DNA of 31,412 nucleotides from Octopus sinensis (GCF_006345805.1 NW_021832294.1:1-31412), one strand, 5' to 3'; counted from the first letter of the stretch, positions 11,004 through 23,072 are shown. Notes: generated from the sequence alone by a model not told the origin. Translations and numbers: made by a program.

Positions 11004-11443
11004 TATTCTTTTTCTTTAATTCTTTTAGTTGTTGAAGTCATTTGGCCGCGGCCATGCTGGAGCACCATACCAAAAGCCTTTAAATCAGCGCTTATTCCTT
11101 GTAAGCCAAGTACTTATTTTATTGACCGCTTTTGCCGAACCGCGATGATAAAAAGGGGTCGTTAAAAACCTGCTGTCAAGATATGAATGGGTAACAAACA
11201 TAGTCGCAAAGACAGAAACACACATACACAAACAAACAAACTCACACATATACACACAAACACATATATGCATCAATATATATATATAACGAACTTCTTT
11301 CGGTTTCCGTCTACCAAATCCACTCGTAAAACTTTGGATGGCCCGAGGCTATAGTAGAAGACACTTTCCCAAATTGCCATGCAGTGAAACTGAACCTGGA
11401 ACTATCTGCTTACGAACCATGTTTCTTACCACATAGCCACGCC
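11004..11443 (-). mobile_element. Full-length decayed CORE-type SINE inside the repeat unit (A'/B' variant)
   Basis: Same SINE layout; diagnostic bases shared with 29431-29924. Confidence 0.8.
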
Positions 11444-13029
11444 TATGCATATGTGTTTATGTATAAGTCTATATATACGATGAACAGGACAAATAAATAT
11501 TTCAACAGTAATTCTGACGTGCGTATAACAACGTTATGGTTGCTTGGAACCAAATGCTCACCGACAAAAGACTGGTCAGGAACAAAGTTATTGTATTAAG
11601 TTGCATAGTTATAGAAAGATAGAGGGAGAGGGAAAAATAAATCATATATACGTGTGTGTGTAGTAAGGTCGTTATTGTATTAAGTTGCATACTTATAGAC
11701 AGATAGAAAGGGGAAAATAAATCATATACGTATATGTGTGTGTGTATATAAATGATAAATTTTAAAAGAAAAGTAACAAAAATTTATTTACCTCTATATC
11801 GCCGGCTCCAAATATGACTTCAGTTTGTATTTTTTACAGAAATTAAATGTTTTATCCACTTATCTGAATATTTTATTACCTCATATAAGTTTTTTGTCTC
11901 ACGTTCCAGCTGCTATCCGAATGAAATACCCTGTTGTAATAATTCTCTAATTTTTAAAAACGAGAGTGGCAGTATTTTCCCTTGATGTACGTGATTGGTT
12001 GAAATTCTTTAATATCCGGAAAATAAATCCATTTTCCAGCTAGTCACCATTCCTATAAGTCAAGTGTTGAAATGGTCGCTGTACAACATAAGATGAATCG
12101 TTCTGCGCACAAAAGAGCACTCGTCCCAGGATCTGAAATCACGACCTTAATCACGATTTCATGTGTCCTCGACTTCTAATATATTACCAAAATGGTATTT
12201 TTCATATGTCCTGACAACACGCAGAGAATATTCTTATCTACTTGACGCTTTTCTGAAACAAACGCCATTGTTTTTATTGATTATTGGGATGGAGATATCT
12301 GATCAAATACACGACTCATCTCTCTAGTTACTAAAATGCAAACCAGACGAATTTTCCTCTTTTCCCAGAATATATTTCAGTTGGTCGTAAAGTATTCTTG
12401 TTGTTCGCTGATGAGAAGACTATGAGCAGAGGCGTTTCGGTCATGATCATCCCGTCGATTTACATATATCGCAATGTGTGTTGTATCCTTTCCGTGGTTA
12501 AGTCGGTAGGGTGTGAGACAATGGAATATCATTGTATCAAATGCTTACGATAGAGCTGATAGCGCAAATGTTCAAGTAATGGACATTCATTAGTCCTGAA
12601 ACGTATATCTGCAATAATTATTGTAATACATTACATGATGTGGATGTTAATTTTCATAGATATCTCCGAAATATAAGTCCGACCTTTCTATTAAGACGAA
12701 GCATCAGTTTGTTAAATGACATCTAGGACTGAATTATTCTGCTACTAGCAAAAGAATGAAAGTGATATTCTACGTGGTTTACTCTCCATGTGTGTTTAGC
12801 TTATTGTAACTTTCATGTACATGGGTTATCTCAAGTACAACATACCCTCGAATATTTAGGAGCGTCCAGTCCACCCAGCGTAACTTGCCGCAGGACTCAC
12901 ACAGCAGATGCAGGTACTAGAGTGTAAAGACGGTACCAATTCTCTACGTTGTTCATGTGAGCATCCGCATACCAATTTCATATTATTCCATATGCACACA
13001 ACAGTTTAGATTGTGTGAGTACTTTTGTG

Positions 13030-13070
<41 letters not shown>

Positions 13071-13110
13071 TATATATATATATATATATAAATATACATA
13101 TACATATATA

Positions 13111-15867
13111 CATAACTTAGAACAATGCAAACATCAAACTTCCTTACCCGACATTCCTGTTAAATGTAAGGGCATCAACCCATCAATTATTGCCCAAAAA
13201 TGGAAGATCCCATATATAGAGAGTTGGCTTGCCGAAACAGCACATTGCTTCCCTTTCTTTATCCTTACCGAGACGCACCTGAACAACACCCATATGGACG
13301 CCGAGGTGAAAATAAAAGATTTCACCATTGTTCGTGCGGATCACACAGACCGAAATAAGGGAGGGACAGCCATCTTTATCCATGACTCCTTTTCACTTGA
13401 TGCCAAGGACATATTTTCCAATGGCTACTGTGAATCGGTATCACTATTCAGCAAGGCCAAGGACATAATCATTGTTGGTCTTTACAGTCCTCCCAAAGCA
13501 CCTCTAAAGTGCTTTGAAGAGTGCCTTAGCAAAGTCAAGCCCTTCCTTCGGAAGTACTAGTCCGGAAACGTAATAGTGATGGGTGATTTTAACCTCCCAC
13601 ATTTGAACTGGTCCACAAATAATCTGAAGTTAGGTAAGTTCTCTACATCAGATAGAGCAGCAGCAGAACTGCTCTTTAATCTGATGGATGAATACCTCCT
13701 GACTCAGCTAGTGCTCGAACCAACGAGGCAGAATAAAACGATCTTGGATCTGGTATTGACCAATCAATCTAGCTTCGTTCACAGTACTTCAGTTGAAAAA
13801 AACTCTCCTCTCAGACCACGACATGGTACTCTGCAATTTTAATTCCCGACATATAAAAACCAAACCAGCCAATCCCACTCCATGGCACCCATTTGACAAC
13901 ATAAACTTCCACAAAGCGGACTGGGGAGCAATCAGAAAGGATCTGTCTTTCATCGACTGGTCTTTTACTCTCAGTTCCACCCATATTGAGACCGCATAGC
14001 AGCACTTTGAAAACATTGTCACCTATACATGCTCTAAATACGCTCCCAAGAAATCTACTAACACAAACAGAAACCGGCTCCCTAAAAAGAAAAAAGCACT
14101 CATCAGGCGCATCAAAAGACTCAACAAAAAAATCAACCAATTAAAATATTCCCACACACAACATCCACATTCAACAACAATGAAAAGGCTAGAGCTGGAA
14201 AAACTTCATCTGCAGACCGACATGAAAACCTCTATTGAAAATCAAAGAGCTGTGGAGGAACAGTGGGTAATCAAAAACATCAAACAGAACCCAAAAGTCT
14301 TCTATTCTTATGCAAATAAGCATAGAACCACTGTCTCACCCATTGGGCCATTGATTGATGATAACGGCATTCCCCAACGCGATGCTAAAGAAATGGCAGA
14401 AATACTGTAGAAACAATACTGCTCTGTCTTTAGTGTTCCCACTGATATTGACGTAAGAGAAGCGAACGAAGTTGACTCCCAACATAAAATCTCAGACATA
14501 ACCTTCACTGCCACTGACATCGTAGCTGCAATAAATGAGGTCAAATACTACTCTGCTGTAGGCCCTGATAGATTCCCCGCTAGTCTCCTGAAGGAATTTA
14601 GACACCAACTTGCAGTCCCTCTGACCAACCTCTGGAGAAATTCGTTAGACGCAGGTTATATACCGAAACAGTTTCTATCCCAGTCGGTCATCCCGGTTTT
14701 CAAACAGGGAAACAAATCCCTCGCAGTCAACTATCGCCCAATCTCACTCACCTCCCACATCATTAAATTGTTTGAAAGAGTGTTAAGATCAAGGATAGCT
14801 GATTTCCTTGAGACCCACAAACTCCTAATGCAAATCAGCATGGCTTTCGCTGTGGCAGGGACTGTCTATCACAGCTCTTACACCACATTGAAGATGTACT
14901 CAAAGCCTTGGGAACAGGTTAGAATTCTGACGTCATATATCTTGATTTCAGTAAAGCGTTCGACAGGGTAGACCATAATTTCCTACTCTCAAAATTGGCA
15001 AATGTTGGAATCCGTGGAAAAGTTCTACACTGGATTAAGTATTTCCTGGCGAATAGAACACAACATGTTGTAGTTGATGGAGTCCACTCAAGCCCATCAA
15101 AAGTCACCAGCGGTGTCCCCCAGGGAGCTGTCTTGGGTCCGCTACTCTTCATAATTTACATAAACGACCTTTCCAGTGTCGTACATTACTACAAATTAAA
15201 AATATTTGCTGATGACACTAAGCTCCAGCAAATCGTCAATGAAGAAGCAGACCGAACTCAACTCCAGTCTGATCTATATGCTGTAAGTCAATGGGCAGAC
15301 AGAAACAAAATGAAACTGAATGAGGGAAATTTGAGCGGATGCATTTTGGAAGAAATTCCTCACTAAAACAGCCATACTCTCTTCCTTCAGGGGAACCGCT
15401 CACAGCCTCTAACAATATCAGAGACCTGGGTGTAATTGTTGATGACGATCTCAGTTGGAGTGCACACATCAACAAGAAGGTCGATATAGCTCGTAGGATG
15501 AGTTCCTGGATCTTAAGAACTTTCCGGTCCAGAGAACAAGGTGTCATCATACCACTTTTCTCCTCCTTTGAACGGCCACACCTCGAATATTGCTGCCCAC
15601 TGTGGTCTCCCCATACAAGACAAAACATCTCCAGGATTGAGTCACCCCAGAGGGCACTCACTAAACGAATTGAAGGCATGGCTGCTCTCGATTATTGGGG
15701 TCGCCTTAAAGCCTTGAACCTTTACTCTCTCCAGCGTCGCCGTGAGCAGTACATCATTTGTACGATGTGGAGAATATACCGCCAACTTTGCCCAAACGAC
15801 CTTAACATTAGCTTCAAGGTTCATCCCAGATTGGGACCACGGGCCATACGTACCCTGCGTATCTAAG
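13111..15867 (+). mobile_element. CR1-clade LINE ORF2 (AP-endonuclease plus reverse transcriptase), near complete but disabled
   Basis: APE motifs LTETHL, GGTAIF, GLYSPP, MGDFNLP and LDLVLTN; RT motifs NYRPISLTS, YLDFSKAFD, GVPQGAVLGPLLF and FADDTK; C-terminal RPHLEYCCPLWSP and YSLQRRRE. Stops at 13558 and 14408, frameshifts near 13800, 14830 and 15335. Flanked by (TA)n on both sides. Confidence 0.95.
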
Positions 15868-16005
15868 TTTATATATATATATATATATATATTAATGTAT
15901 ATATGGGTGTCTATGTGCATGTTTGTGTGTGTGTGAGTACATGCACAAGTGTACGGGGTTCAACATACACACGCACGCACACACACTCACACATATATGT
16001 ATATC

Positions 16006-16046
<41 letters not shown>

Positions 16047-16049
<3 letters not shown>

Positions 16050-16593
16050 CAACAAGTGAGGGCAAAATTAATTAATTATTAATCAATTTCACCAAGTGTT
16101 CAGTATGCAAAGGGACCATTCAAGGCGAATTCAAATTATTACATTATATAAAAGGGCTTAGTAAAATAAATTTTCGGATTTTACCGAAATAAGCATAGTG
16201 TTTGATGATTTTAACCCACGCTGGTGGAAAGGGGAGAACAGAGATTCTTCGCTTGCTTATTTTGAATTTGTTGGCACTGTTAGTTGGGAGCAGATCTTCG
16301 AAAGGGTATGTTCTTATTTTCAGTGTTTCCAAATCCAAACCAAGGAGTTTCTGAGCCGATGATAGAAATGTTGTTTTGACTAATCTTGAAACGTACGTTC
16401 TCGAATAACCTTAGCATTTGATTTTTCGATGTCCTTACCCCAAACTTTTGTGAGTTGAATTAAGCAAACACTATATATGAGAGAGATTTTCTTTAAGGAT
16501 TAGAAATAGTTTTAAAAAGTTTTTTTAGCTGCTATTTCTAATGAGTTCAGTATGCGGCAAAGTAATTTATTTTACTAAGCCCTTTTATATAAT
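16047..16593. mobile_element. 547-bp insertion in (TA)n containing a perfect 30-bp inverted repeat (16143-16172 / 16564-16593); MITE-like or Penelope remnant
   Basis: ATTATATAAAAGGGCTTAGTAAAATAAATT is the exact reverse complement of AATTTATTTTACTAAGCCCTTTTATATAAT. The insertion is absent at the equivalent sites in the other unit copies. Confidence 0.65.
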
Positions 16594-16657
16594 ATATATA
16601 TATATATATATAAATATTCATACTCATTCAGAGATCTACACACACATATAAACAGTG

Positions 16658-16982
16658 TATTCTTTTCTTTAATTCTTTCACTTGTTTAAGTCATTTGACA
16701 GCGGCCTTGCTGGAGTGCCTCCTCAAAAGCCTTTAAGCCGAAGAGCCGAAGAAATTTACCACTGGGCTTATTTTTGTGAACCTGGTACTTATTTTATTGA
16801 TCGCCTTTGCCCAACAGCTATGGTAAGGAGGGAATAAAAGAACTGCTGTCAAACAATTAACGGGTAACAAACATAGTCACACAGGCATATACACACACAG
16901 GCAAACACACACACACACACTCACACACACACACGCCACACACACACACACACTCACACACACTCATACACACACATGCACT

Positions 16983-17020
<38 letters not shown>

Positions 17021-17171
17021 GGACTTCCTTCGGGTCCGTCTAGAATACCCACTCACAAGTCTTTGCTCGGCCCGAGGCTATAGTAGAAGACACTTTCCCA
17101 GGTTGCCATGCAGTGAAACGAACCTGAATCTATGTGCTTGCGGAGCAAGTTTCTTACCACATAGACACACC
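16658..17171 (-). mobile_element. Full-length decayed CORE-type SINE (A/B variant)
   Basis: Sister of 9712-10211 (shared GCCGAAGAGCCGAAGAAATTTACCACTGGGC variant). Confidence 0.8.
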
Positions 17172-17790
17172 TATGCATGTGTGTTTATGTAGAAGTCTAT
17201 ATATAGGATGAACAGGACAAACAAATGCTTAACTAATAGTTCTTACGTGCGTGTAACAACGTTATGGTTGCTTGGAACCAAATGCTTACCGACAAATGAC
17301 CGTCAGGAACAACGTTATTCTATTAAGTTGCATAGATATAGAAAGATGAGAGAGGTTGAAAAATAAATCATATAGATGTGTGTGTGTATATATAAATGTT
17401 AAATCTTAAAAGAAAAGTAACAAAAATTGATTTATCTATTCGCTTTCTGAGTTCCTTTCCTGTCGAACTGCCTTTTGCCTTTCATTTCTCAGAGGTGCTG
17501 AAGTCCAATTAGTCGACTGTCCACCTCCCCCAAAAAACTCAACCACTGGTCTTGTACTTAAGCCAGAAACTACTTTAGAGGCGGCAATCTAGGAATTTAG
17601 GACGATGAATTGCTACGCGGTGTCATATGTAATCATGTATGGTTATATAAAGATGCATGAGGATATATACACATACACAAACACGCACAAATATGTCTGT
17701 GTGTATGAGTGTGTGTGAATATGAGTGTGTGTGAATATGAGTGTGTATATGTATGTACGTTTGTATATATATATTTATGTATATATATAA

Positions 17791-17970
17791 CGTCTGTCGT
17801 TACGTTCTGAGTTCAAATTCCGCCGTGGTCGACTTTACCTTTCATCCTTTCGTGTTCGATAAATAAATTACCAGTTTCACAGTGGGGGGGTGTCGATGTA
17901 ATCGACTTAATCCCTTTGTGTGTCCTTGTTTGTCCCCTCTATGTTTAGCCCCTTGTGGGCAATAAACAAA
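17791..17970 (+). mobile_element. 5'-truncated second-family SINE inserted in (TA)n
   Basis: GTTCTGAGTTCAAATTCCGCC (B box) followed by CCTTTCATCCTTTCG...GATAAA central domain; empty sites at ~10790 and ~29110. Confidence 0.85.
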
Positions 17971-18234
17971 TATATATATATATATACTTATATATATATT
18001 CATATATATATATATATATGTGTGTGTATATATATGTGAATGTATAAGTGAGCGTGTGTCTACATGTGTGTGAATACATGCACATGTGTACAAGGCGAAA
18101 CATTCACACACACACACACATATATATGGTATATAAATACATATATATATGTATATTCATACGCATTTAGATATATAAATGTGTAATCTTTTTCTTATGT
18201 GTTTATGTTGAAGTCCGACCTTACTATCAAGATG

Positions 18235-19930
18235 TTGCTTAGGAACTCTGTCTCCCTTTTCAGCTTTTTTTCAGCAAACATAACCATGTCTCAATATTAC
18301 TCTTTCCTGCAACTATCTTTGGGAATCTACCATGCAAAAACATTCTCTTGTCAGTTAGATAATCTTCCTTAATTTTTCTGGTTTTAATTTCATCTGGATT
18401 TTTCCTTTCCTTTCTCCTACTATAAATCTAGCAACTCATAATTTTTATTCACTATTATATATATCAAATCTGGCTAACTCTACGCTACCTTCTGTTTATA
18501 TTAAACCTCTTCCACCTTCGTTATTCTTAGTAAGTGCAAACTTGCTCTTCCTAATCGAGGCTGAAGTCCTCCATTCATGTTGAATTCCTTCCTTGTTCTT
18601 CTGTTTTCCAAATCAACAAATTCTGCTAAAAACCGAAGTAACCATACTTCTCAAAGATTTTACAACCTTTACTAGATTTAGAACACTTAGCTTTCCCTTC
18701 ATTAGCTTCTTCACCCTTCCGATGTACTCCTTATCTATTTTTGTTTTTATTTCCATTGTTAGTACACTCTCAGATTCTAATACACCAAAGCACTTGTGAT
18801 TCTCTGCCTTCAGCGATTTTACTCTCTTGCTATCTGGCCTTCACTGCTGACTACCTGTCCCCTTTTTATGACTTATGTTGCGCACATATCTATGCCAAAT
18901 TCCATGCCCATATCTTTGCTGAAGAGTCTTACAATTCGTATTAAGGAACCAAAAAGCTTCAAATCGTCCATCTTGAGCAAATGATTAATATTCCCTTTAA
19001 CATCTCTAAACTGATACCCTGCCTTTGCCTGTCTTAGTACTAAATTGACGACAGTTAAGCATAACACAAATATTAATGGAGATAACGAGTCTCCCTGGAG
19101 AATTCCTCACCTGATATTAACTTTTCCTAAGACAGTGTCACCTGAGTAGAGATATACTTTCCAGTTCTTTGCACTATTGCTGTAACTAATTAAGTCTCTT
19201 GTGTTGTCTGCAATACTGAATATACTCAAACATTCACTTATCCGTGAGTGTTGAATCATGCCATATGCATTTAATACTGTTGAAGTTTCCATTCTCGATT
19301 TTAGAACTGCTTCGTCTGTGTGTAATAGATCGTGCGTTCCTCTAGCCTTCTTTCTGCAAACATTTCAGTTCTTCTGGTAGCAAATTCTGGTTGTCAAGCT
19401 GCTTCTAAATGTTTTCTGTGTGAATTCATGTTAAAAGTCTCTACATTGGGAATTTGCCTGGCTTTTGTCTATTTTGGCTTTTATGTAGTTAGTTATGAAT
19501 GCCTGATCGTGTGCAGTTGCTTACAAAAACTGTCTCCCTTTTCATTTTCCTTTCTGAAACAATATTAGTCTGTAACTGTCCCTTGGCTTTTCTTTCTGTA
19601 CCCTTTCTGTTCCACTGGTACTTTGTAATTTATTTCCAGGAAATCATACACCTAATTAGATATTATTCCTGCCATCAGCTTCCACATGTTGGGCAGACAG
19701 GTGATAGGCCGGTGATTATCCACTGCATTGCTTTGTTGGGAATCTTTTGGCAAATAATTCTTTTACTTGTGGTCAGCCTCTTTGGGTTATGTTCCCCTTT
19801 GTTGATCATTTTATATATTTGCTTAGCTATTCTTCTGTGTAGTGCTGGGTAAATTTTAAGCCAATATCCTTGTACCCCATCCGGTCCTAGGTATTTCCTG
19901 TTTGGCGATTTAATCAGTCTGGCCCACATT
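18235..19930 (-). mobile_element. Decayed R4/Dong-clade (RLE) LINE reverse transcriptase fragment
   Basis: Minus-strand motifs KSPN..GPDGVQGYWLK, GILQGDSLSP (~19078-19105), NHLLKMDDLKLFG (~18950-18986) and GMEFGID.CA. Truncated at an LKRETEF motif; many stops and frameshifts. Confidence 0.88.
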
Positions 19931-20399
19931 GATAGTCAAATATACAATGAGGCGACTGGCGTTTATACATCTGCTTTTTCTCGTCCTTAATTACTAAACA
20001 ATCCCCTCCTCTCAATTTAACCTCTCTCTCTATTCTCTACTCACTTAATTTAATTTAACTCTCTATACTTATATGCGATGACTATGCGAGAATCTGTGTC
20101 TGTGTCTGTGTACAAACAGACAATTTCTGTACATCTCAAAACTCATACGTATGCATGTGTATATATGGCCGCGTAATTGTGTGTATCTGACTGTGTGTAT
20201 ATCAATGGGAATATGCCACTGCATATATGTGCGTCTCTCCCTCTCTCTGTGCATATGTTAGTGCGTGTGTATATATATATATATGTCTCTCTCTCTGTAT
20301 GGATGTGTGTGTATATATTCATCCCCTTAACCCTCAAGTCAAACACCCCCTCACTATATAGACTAATCTCTATATACTCTCATATATTTCTCATTCGCC

Positions 20400-20742
20400 A
20401 AATAATAGACTCTTCCAAGTCCTTCCAAATCTGATTAATTTTCTATTCAAAGATGCAACTGTTAACTTCCATTATCCTTTGCCAGGGACTTTCCTAGAAA
20501 CTTTACTAACTCTTCGATCACGAATATACCTGACACATTTATCTGAGATCTCCACGGTTTCCCAAAAGACTGGTGACGAATAATATCCTCGATAAAGGAT
20601 ATTATGCATTTCTACATTTTCTTCGTCTTTCTCCAATAACGGAATGATTTGCTCAGATGGAATTCTTTACTCAATAACATGCTTAGCTATTCTAGAAACA
20701 GCTATAAGAGACTTTGTGCATATTTGTAACCACTCTGCACAG
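20400..20742 (-). mobile_element. Highly decayed LINE RT N-terminal fragment (possibly RTE-like)
   Basis: Minus-strand translation with stops, RIPSEQIIPLLEK...NILYRGY...IRDRR...VPGKG, loosely follows the IP..W..IIPL.K..NYRGI..IR.RL..F.PG pattern. Weak. Confidence 0.35.
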
Positions 20743-20932
20743 TTCTTTTATTTGTTTCAGCCATTTCACTGCGGACATGCTGGAGCAATGCCTTTTTCAC
20801 CGAACTTATTATTTATAAGACTTGTACTTATTTATGAGTATCCTTTGTTGTACCACTAAATTACATGGACGTAAACTCACCAACATCGGTTGCCAAGCGA
20901 TGGTGGGGGACAAACACAGACACAAAAACTCA

Positions 20933-20976
<44 letters not shown>

Positions 20977-21137
20977 ATGGGCTTCTTTCAGTTTCCGCGT
21001 TCCAGATCCACTAACATGGCTTTGGTCGGCCCGAGGTTATAGTAGAACGCATTTTCCCAAGGTGCCACGCAGTGGGACTGAACCCCGAACCATGTGGTTG
21101 GTAAGCACGCTACTTACTAAACAGCTACTCCTGCGCC
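20743..21137 (-). mobile_element. Best-preserved full-length tRNA-derived CORE-type SINE
   Basis: Minus strand: GGCGCAGGAGTAGCTG head, B box GGTTCAGTCCC, GGCACCTTGGGAAAATG (MIR/CORE-like CCTTGGGCAAG), internal (TG)n, 3' end GAAACAAATAAAAGAA. Confidence 0.9.
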
Positions 21138-21511
21138 AATACTTATATTATAAATTATAAAATGAATATTCTTGAATAACGCTAAATGTTTTTCTTGATC
21201 GTTATCTGTTATAATTTATGTCCCTCCGCTCAATGATCAACCACTTCATATCACCTTTGATACGCAATTTCTGCACCACATTTTTCTGTTTCAGCCCGTG
21301 TTTTAGTGGTAAACCAAACTGAGCAGTCACACTACATACGACCTTTTACATGATATTCTTTTGTATCAACGCAAAGGTATAATATATACTTACATGTGGC
21401 TTTGGGGAGTGGCATGAACGGCTTTCTTCTATTTGTATGTATTTTAATTTCTCGTGTAACGAACAATTCCTTTAACGAACATGGCTCAGAAAGGATTATG
21501 TGTACATATAA

Positions 21512-21695
21512 AGATGCCACTGGTTTGAGAAGTTTTGAGTCAAACTAATTGACCTCTGTACTTAATTTTTTAAGCCTGGTACTTATTTTATTGGAGTATA
21601 GTGGTGAACCGCTAGGTTACCGGAGCGTAAACACACCAACACATGTCATCAAGCGGTGGGACAAACACGGACACAATGAAACACACACACACTGA
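21512..21695 (-). mobile_element. CORE-type SINE 3' fragment
   Basis: AAGCCTGGTACTTATTTTATTGG...AACCGCTAGGTTAC...GACAAACAC matches the SINE 3' half. Confidence 0.65.
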
Positions 21696-21717
21696 TACAA
21701 AAAGACAGACATATATA

Positions 21718-22063
21718 GGAATAGGAGTGGCGTAGAGTATGAAACACATGGTTCCGTGTTCAGTCCCGTTGCGAGACACCTTGGCTGAGAGTCTTCTACT
21801 ATAGCCAAGGGCCGACCAAAGTGAATTTCATAGATGGAAACTCAAATAAGCCCGTCGTATGTGTGTGTCTATATTTGTCCCCCCACTATCCCTTGACAAC
21901 CCATGTTGGTGTGCTTACGTCCCTTTAACCTAGCAGTTCTGGAAAAGAAACTGATAGAATAAGTACTAGGCTTACAAACGTTAAGTCCTAGGGTCGATTT
22001 GTTCAACTAAAGGCGGAGCTCCAACATGGCCGCAGTCAAATGACTGAAACAAGTAAAAGAATA
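21718..22063 (+). mobile_element. Full-length CORE-type SINE
   Basis: GGAGTGGC head, GTTCAGTCCC B box, CACCTTGG core, 3' end CAGTCAAATGACTGAAACAAGTAAAAGAATA. Confidence 0.88.
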
Positions 22064-22066
22064 GTC

Positions 22067-22222
22067 ACGATGGGCTTCTTTCCGTTTCCATATACCAAAT
22101 CCACTCATGAAGATTTTGAGAGGCCAATGGCTACAGTAGAAGACATGTGCGTAGTGTGCCACGCAGTGGAACTGAACCCGAAATCAGATTTGGAAGCAAG
22201 CGTCTTACCACACAGCCGCGCC
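22067..22222 (-). mobile_element. CORE-type SINE 5' half
   Basis: Reverse complement of the head and core, ending CCACACAGCCGCGCC. Confidence 0.8.
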
Positions 22223-22369
22223 TAAACATGCCCCCCTACACAGATTCAATCCAAGGAAACACGCATAAAGATGAAACACTCTCCAAGCCGTTCACTTTAT
22301 AATTTGTTAAAACCATTAACATGGTGTCCATTAGTGAGTAATGTTGTGTTTTGTTTTATTTCTCCTACA

Positions 22370-22508
22370 CATTTACTTCAAATTTTGGCACAACACCAGC
22401 AATTTCGGGGGAGGGAGTAAGTTGATTACATCGACCCCAGTACTTAACTGATATTGATTTCATCGACCCCGAAAGGATAAAAGGCAAAGACAACCTCGGC
22501 GGAATATT
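22370..22508 (-). mobile_element. Second-family SINE fragment
   Basis: ATCGACCCCGAAAGGATAAAAGGCAAAG is the reverse complement of the central domain seen at 22800-22850. Confidence 0.75.
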
Positions 22509-22732
22509 TCTACTTAAAATTTAATATTATTACGTTCATGCATTTTTGAAATTGGGTGTTAAAACAGAAATTCTTCTATTTGGAGATGGTCGTCTGTTGC
22601 CAATGAAACTCGCGCAATATATATTTGATCTTCACTTTATTATTATTATTAATATTATTATTAATGTTGTTGTTGTTGTTGTTGTTATTGTTGTTGTTTT
22701 TGTTTTTTATTGTTGTTGTTGTTGTTGTCGTT

Positions 22733-23071
22733 GGTACGCCGGGCGAAACGCTTAGAAGTATTTCGTCTGCGGTTACGTTCTGAGTTCAAATTCCGTCGAG
22801 GTCGACATTGCCTTTCATTCTTTCGGAGTCGATTAAATAAGTACCAGTTACGCACTGGGGGCGATATAATCGACTTAATGCGTATGTCTGTCCTTGTTTG
22901 TCCTCTCTTATAGGTAGTAAAGAAATAAGTATTTCGTCGCTCACTACGTTCTGAATTCAAATTCCGCTTAGATCGACTTTGCCTTTCATCCTTTCGGGGA
23001 CGATAAATTAAGTACCAGTTACATACTGGGATCGATGTAATAGACTTGTCCTTGTGCTTCCAGTAGACAGG

Positions 23072-23072
<1 letters not shown>
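22733..23072 (+). mobile_element. Two tandem second-family SINE copies (22733-22926 and 22927-23072)
   Basis: Both contain GTTCTGA(G/A)TTCAAATTCC...TTGCCTTTCAT...AAGTACCAGTTAC; the second starts at AGTATTTCGTC and ends in (ATT)n. From memory the central domain resembles the Meta-SINE domain; not verified. Confidence 0.85.

Larger units (their letters stand above)
9670..16046. repeat. Higher-order repeat, copy 2 (A-B-D-A'-B'-C-(TA)n-[CR1]-F): the only complete ~3.6-kb unit
   Basis: Distance between A starts (9670 to 16615) minus the CR1 (~2757 bp) and the 547-bp insert is about 3.64 kb. All modules recur elsewhere in the window. Confidence 0.9.
16615..18234. repeat. Higher-order repeat, copy 3 (A-B-D[+SINE]), then a jump into late module C
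   Basis: 16615-17440 aligns with 9670-10460; 17441-18200 aligns with 10460-11010 apart from the SINE insertion; 18211-18233 matches C (7639-7661 equivalent). Confidence 0.9.

Noticed and set aside
11587-11740. ~80-bp tandem duplication within module B'
   Set aside because: Real, but present in only one copy and consistent with ordinary slippage next to (TG)/(TA) runs; no added significance.
20975-21137. tRNA genes at SINE heads
   Set aside because: A and B boxes are present, but there is no cloverleaf and the sequence runs directly into SINE core domains.
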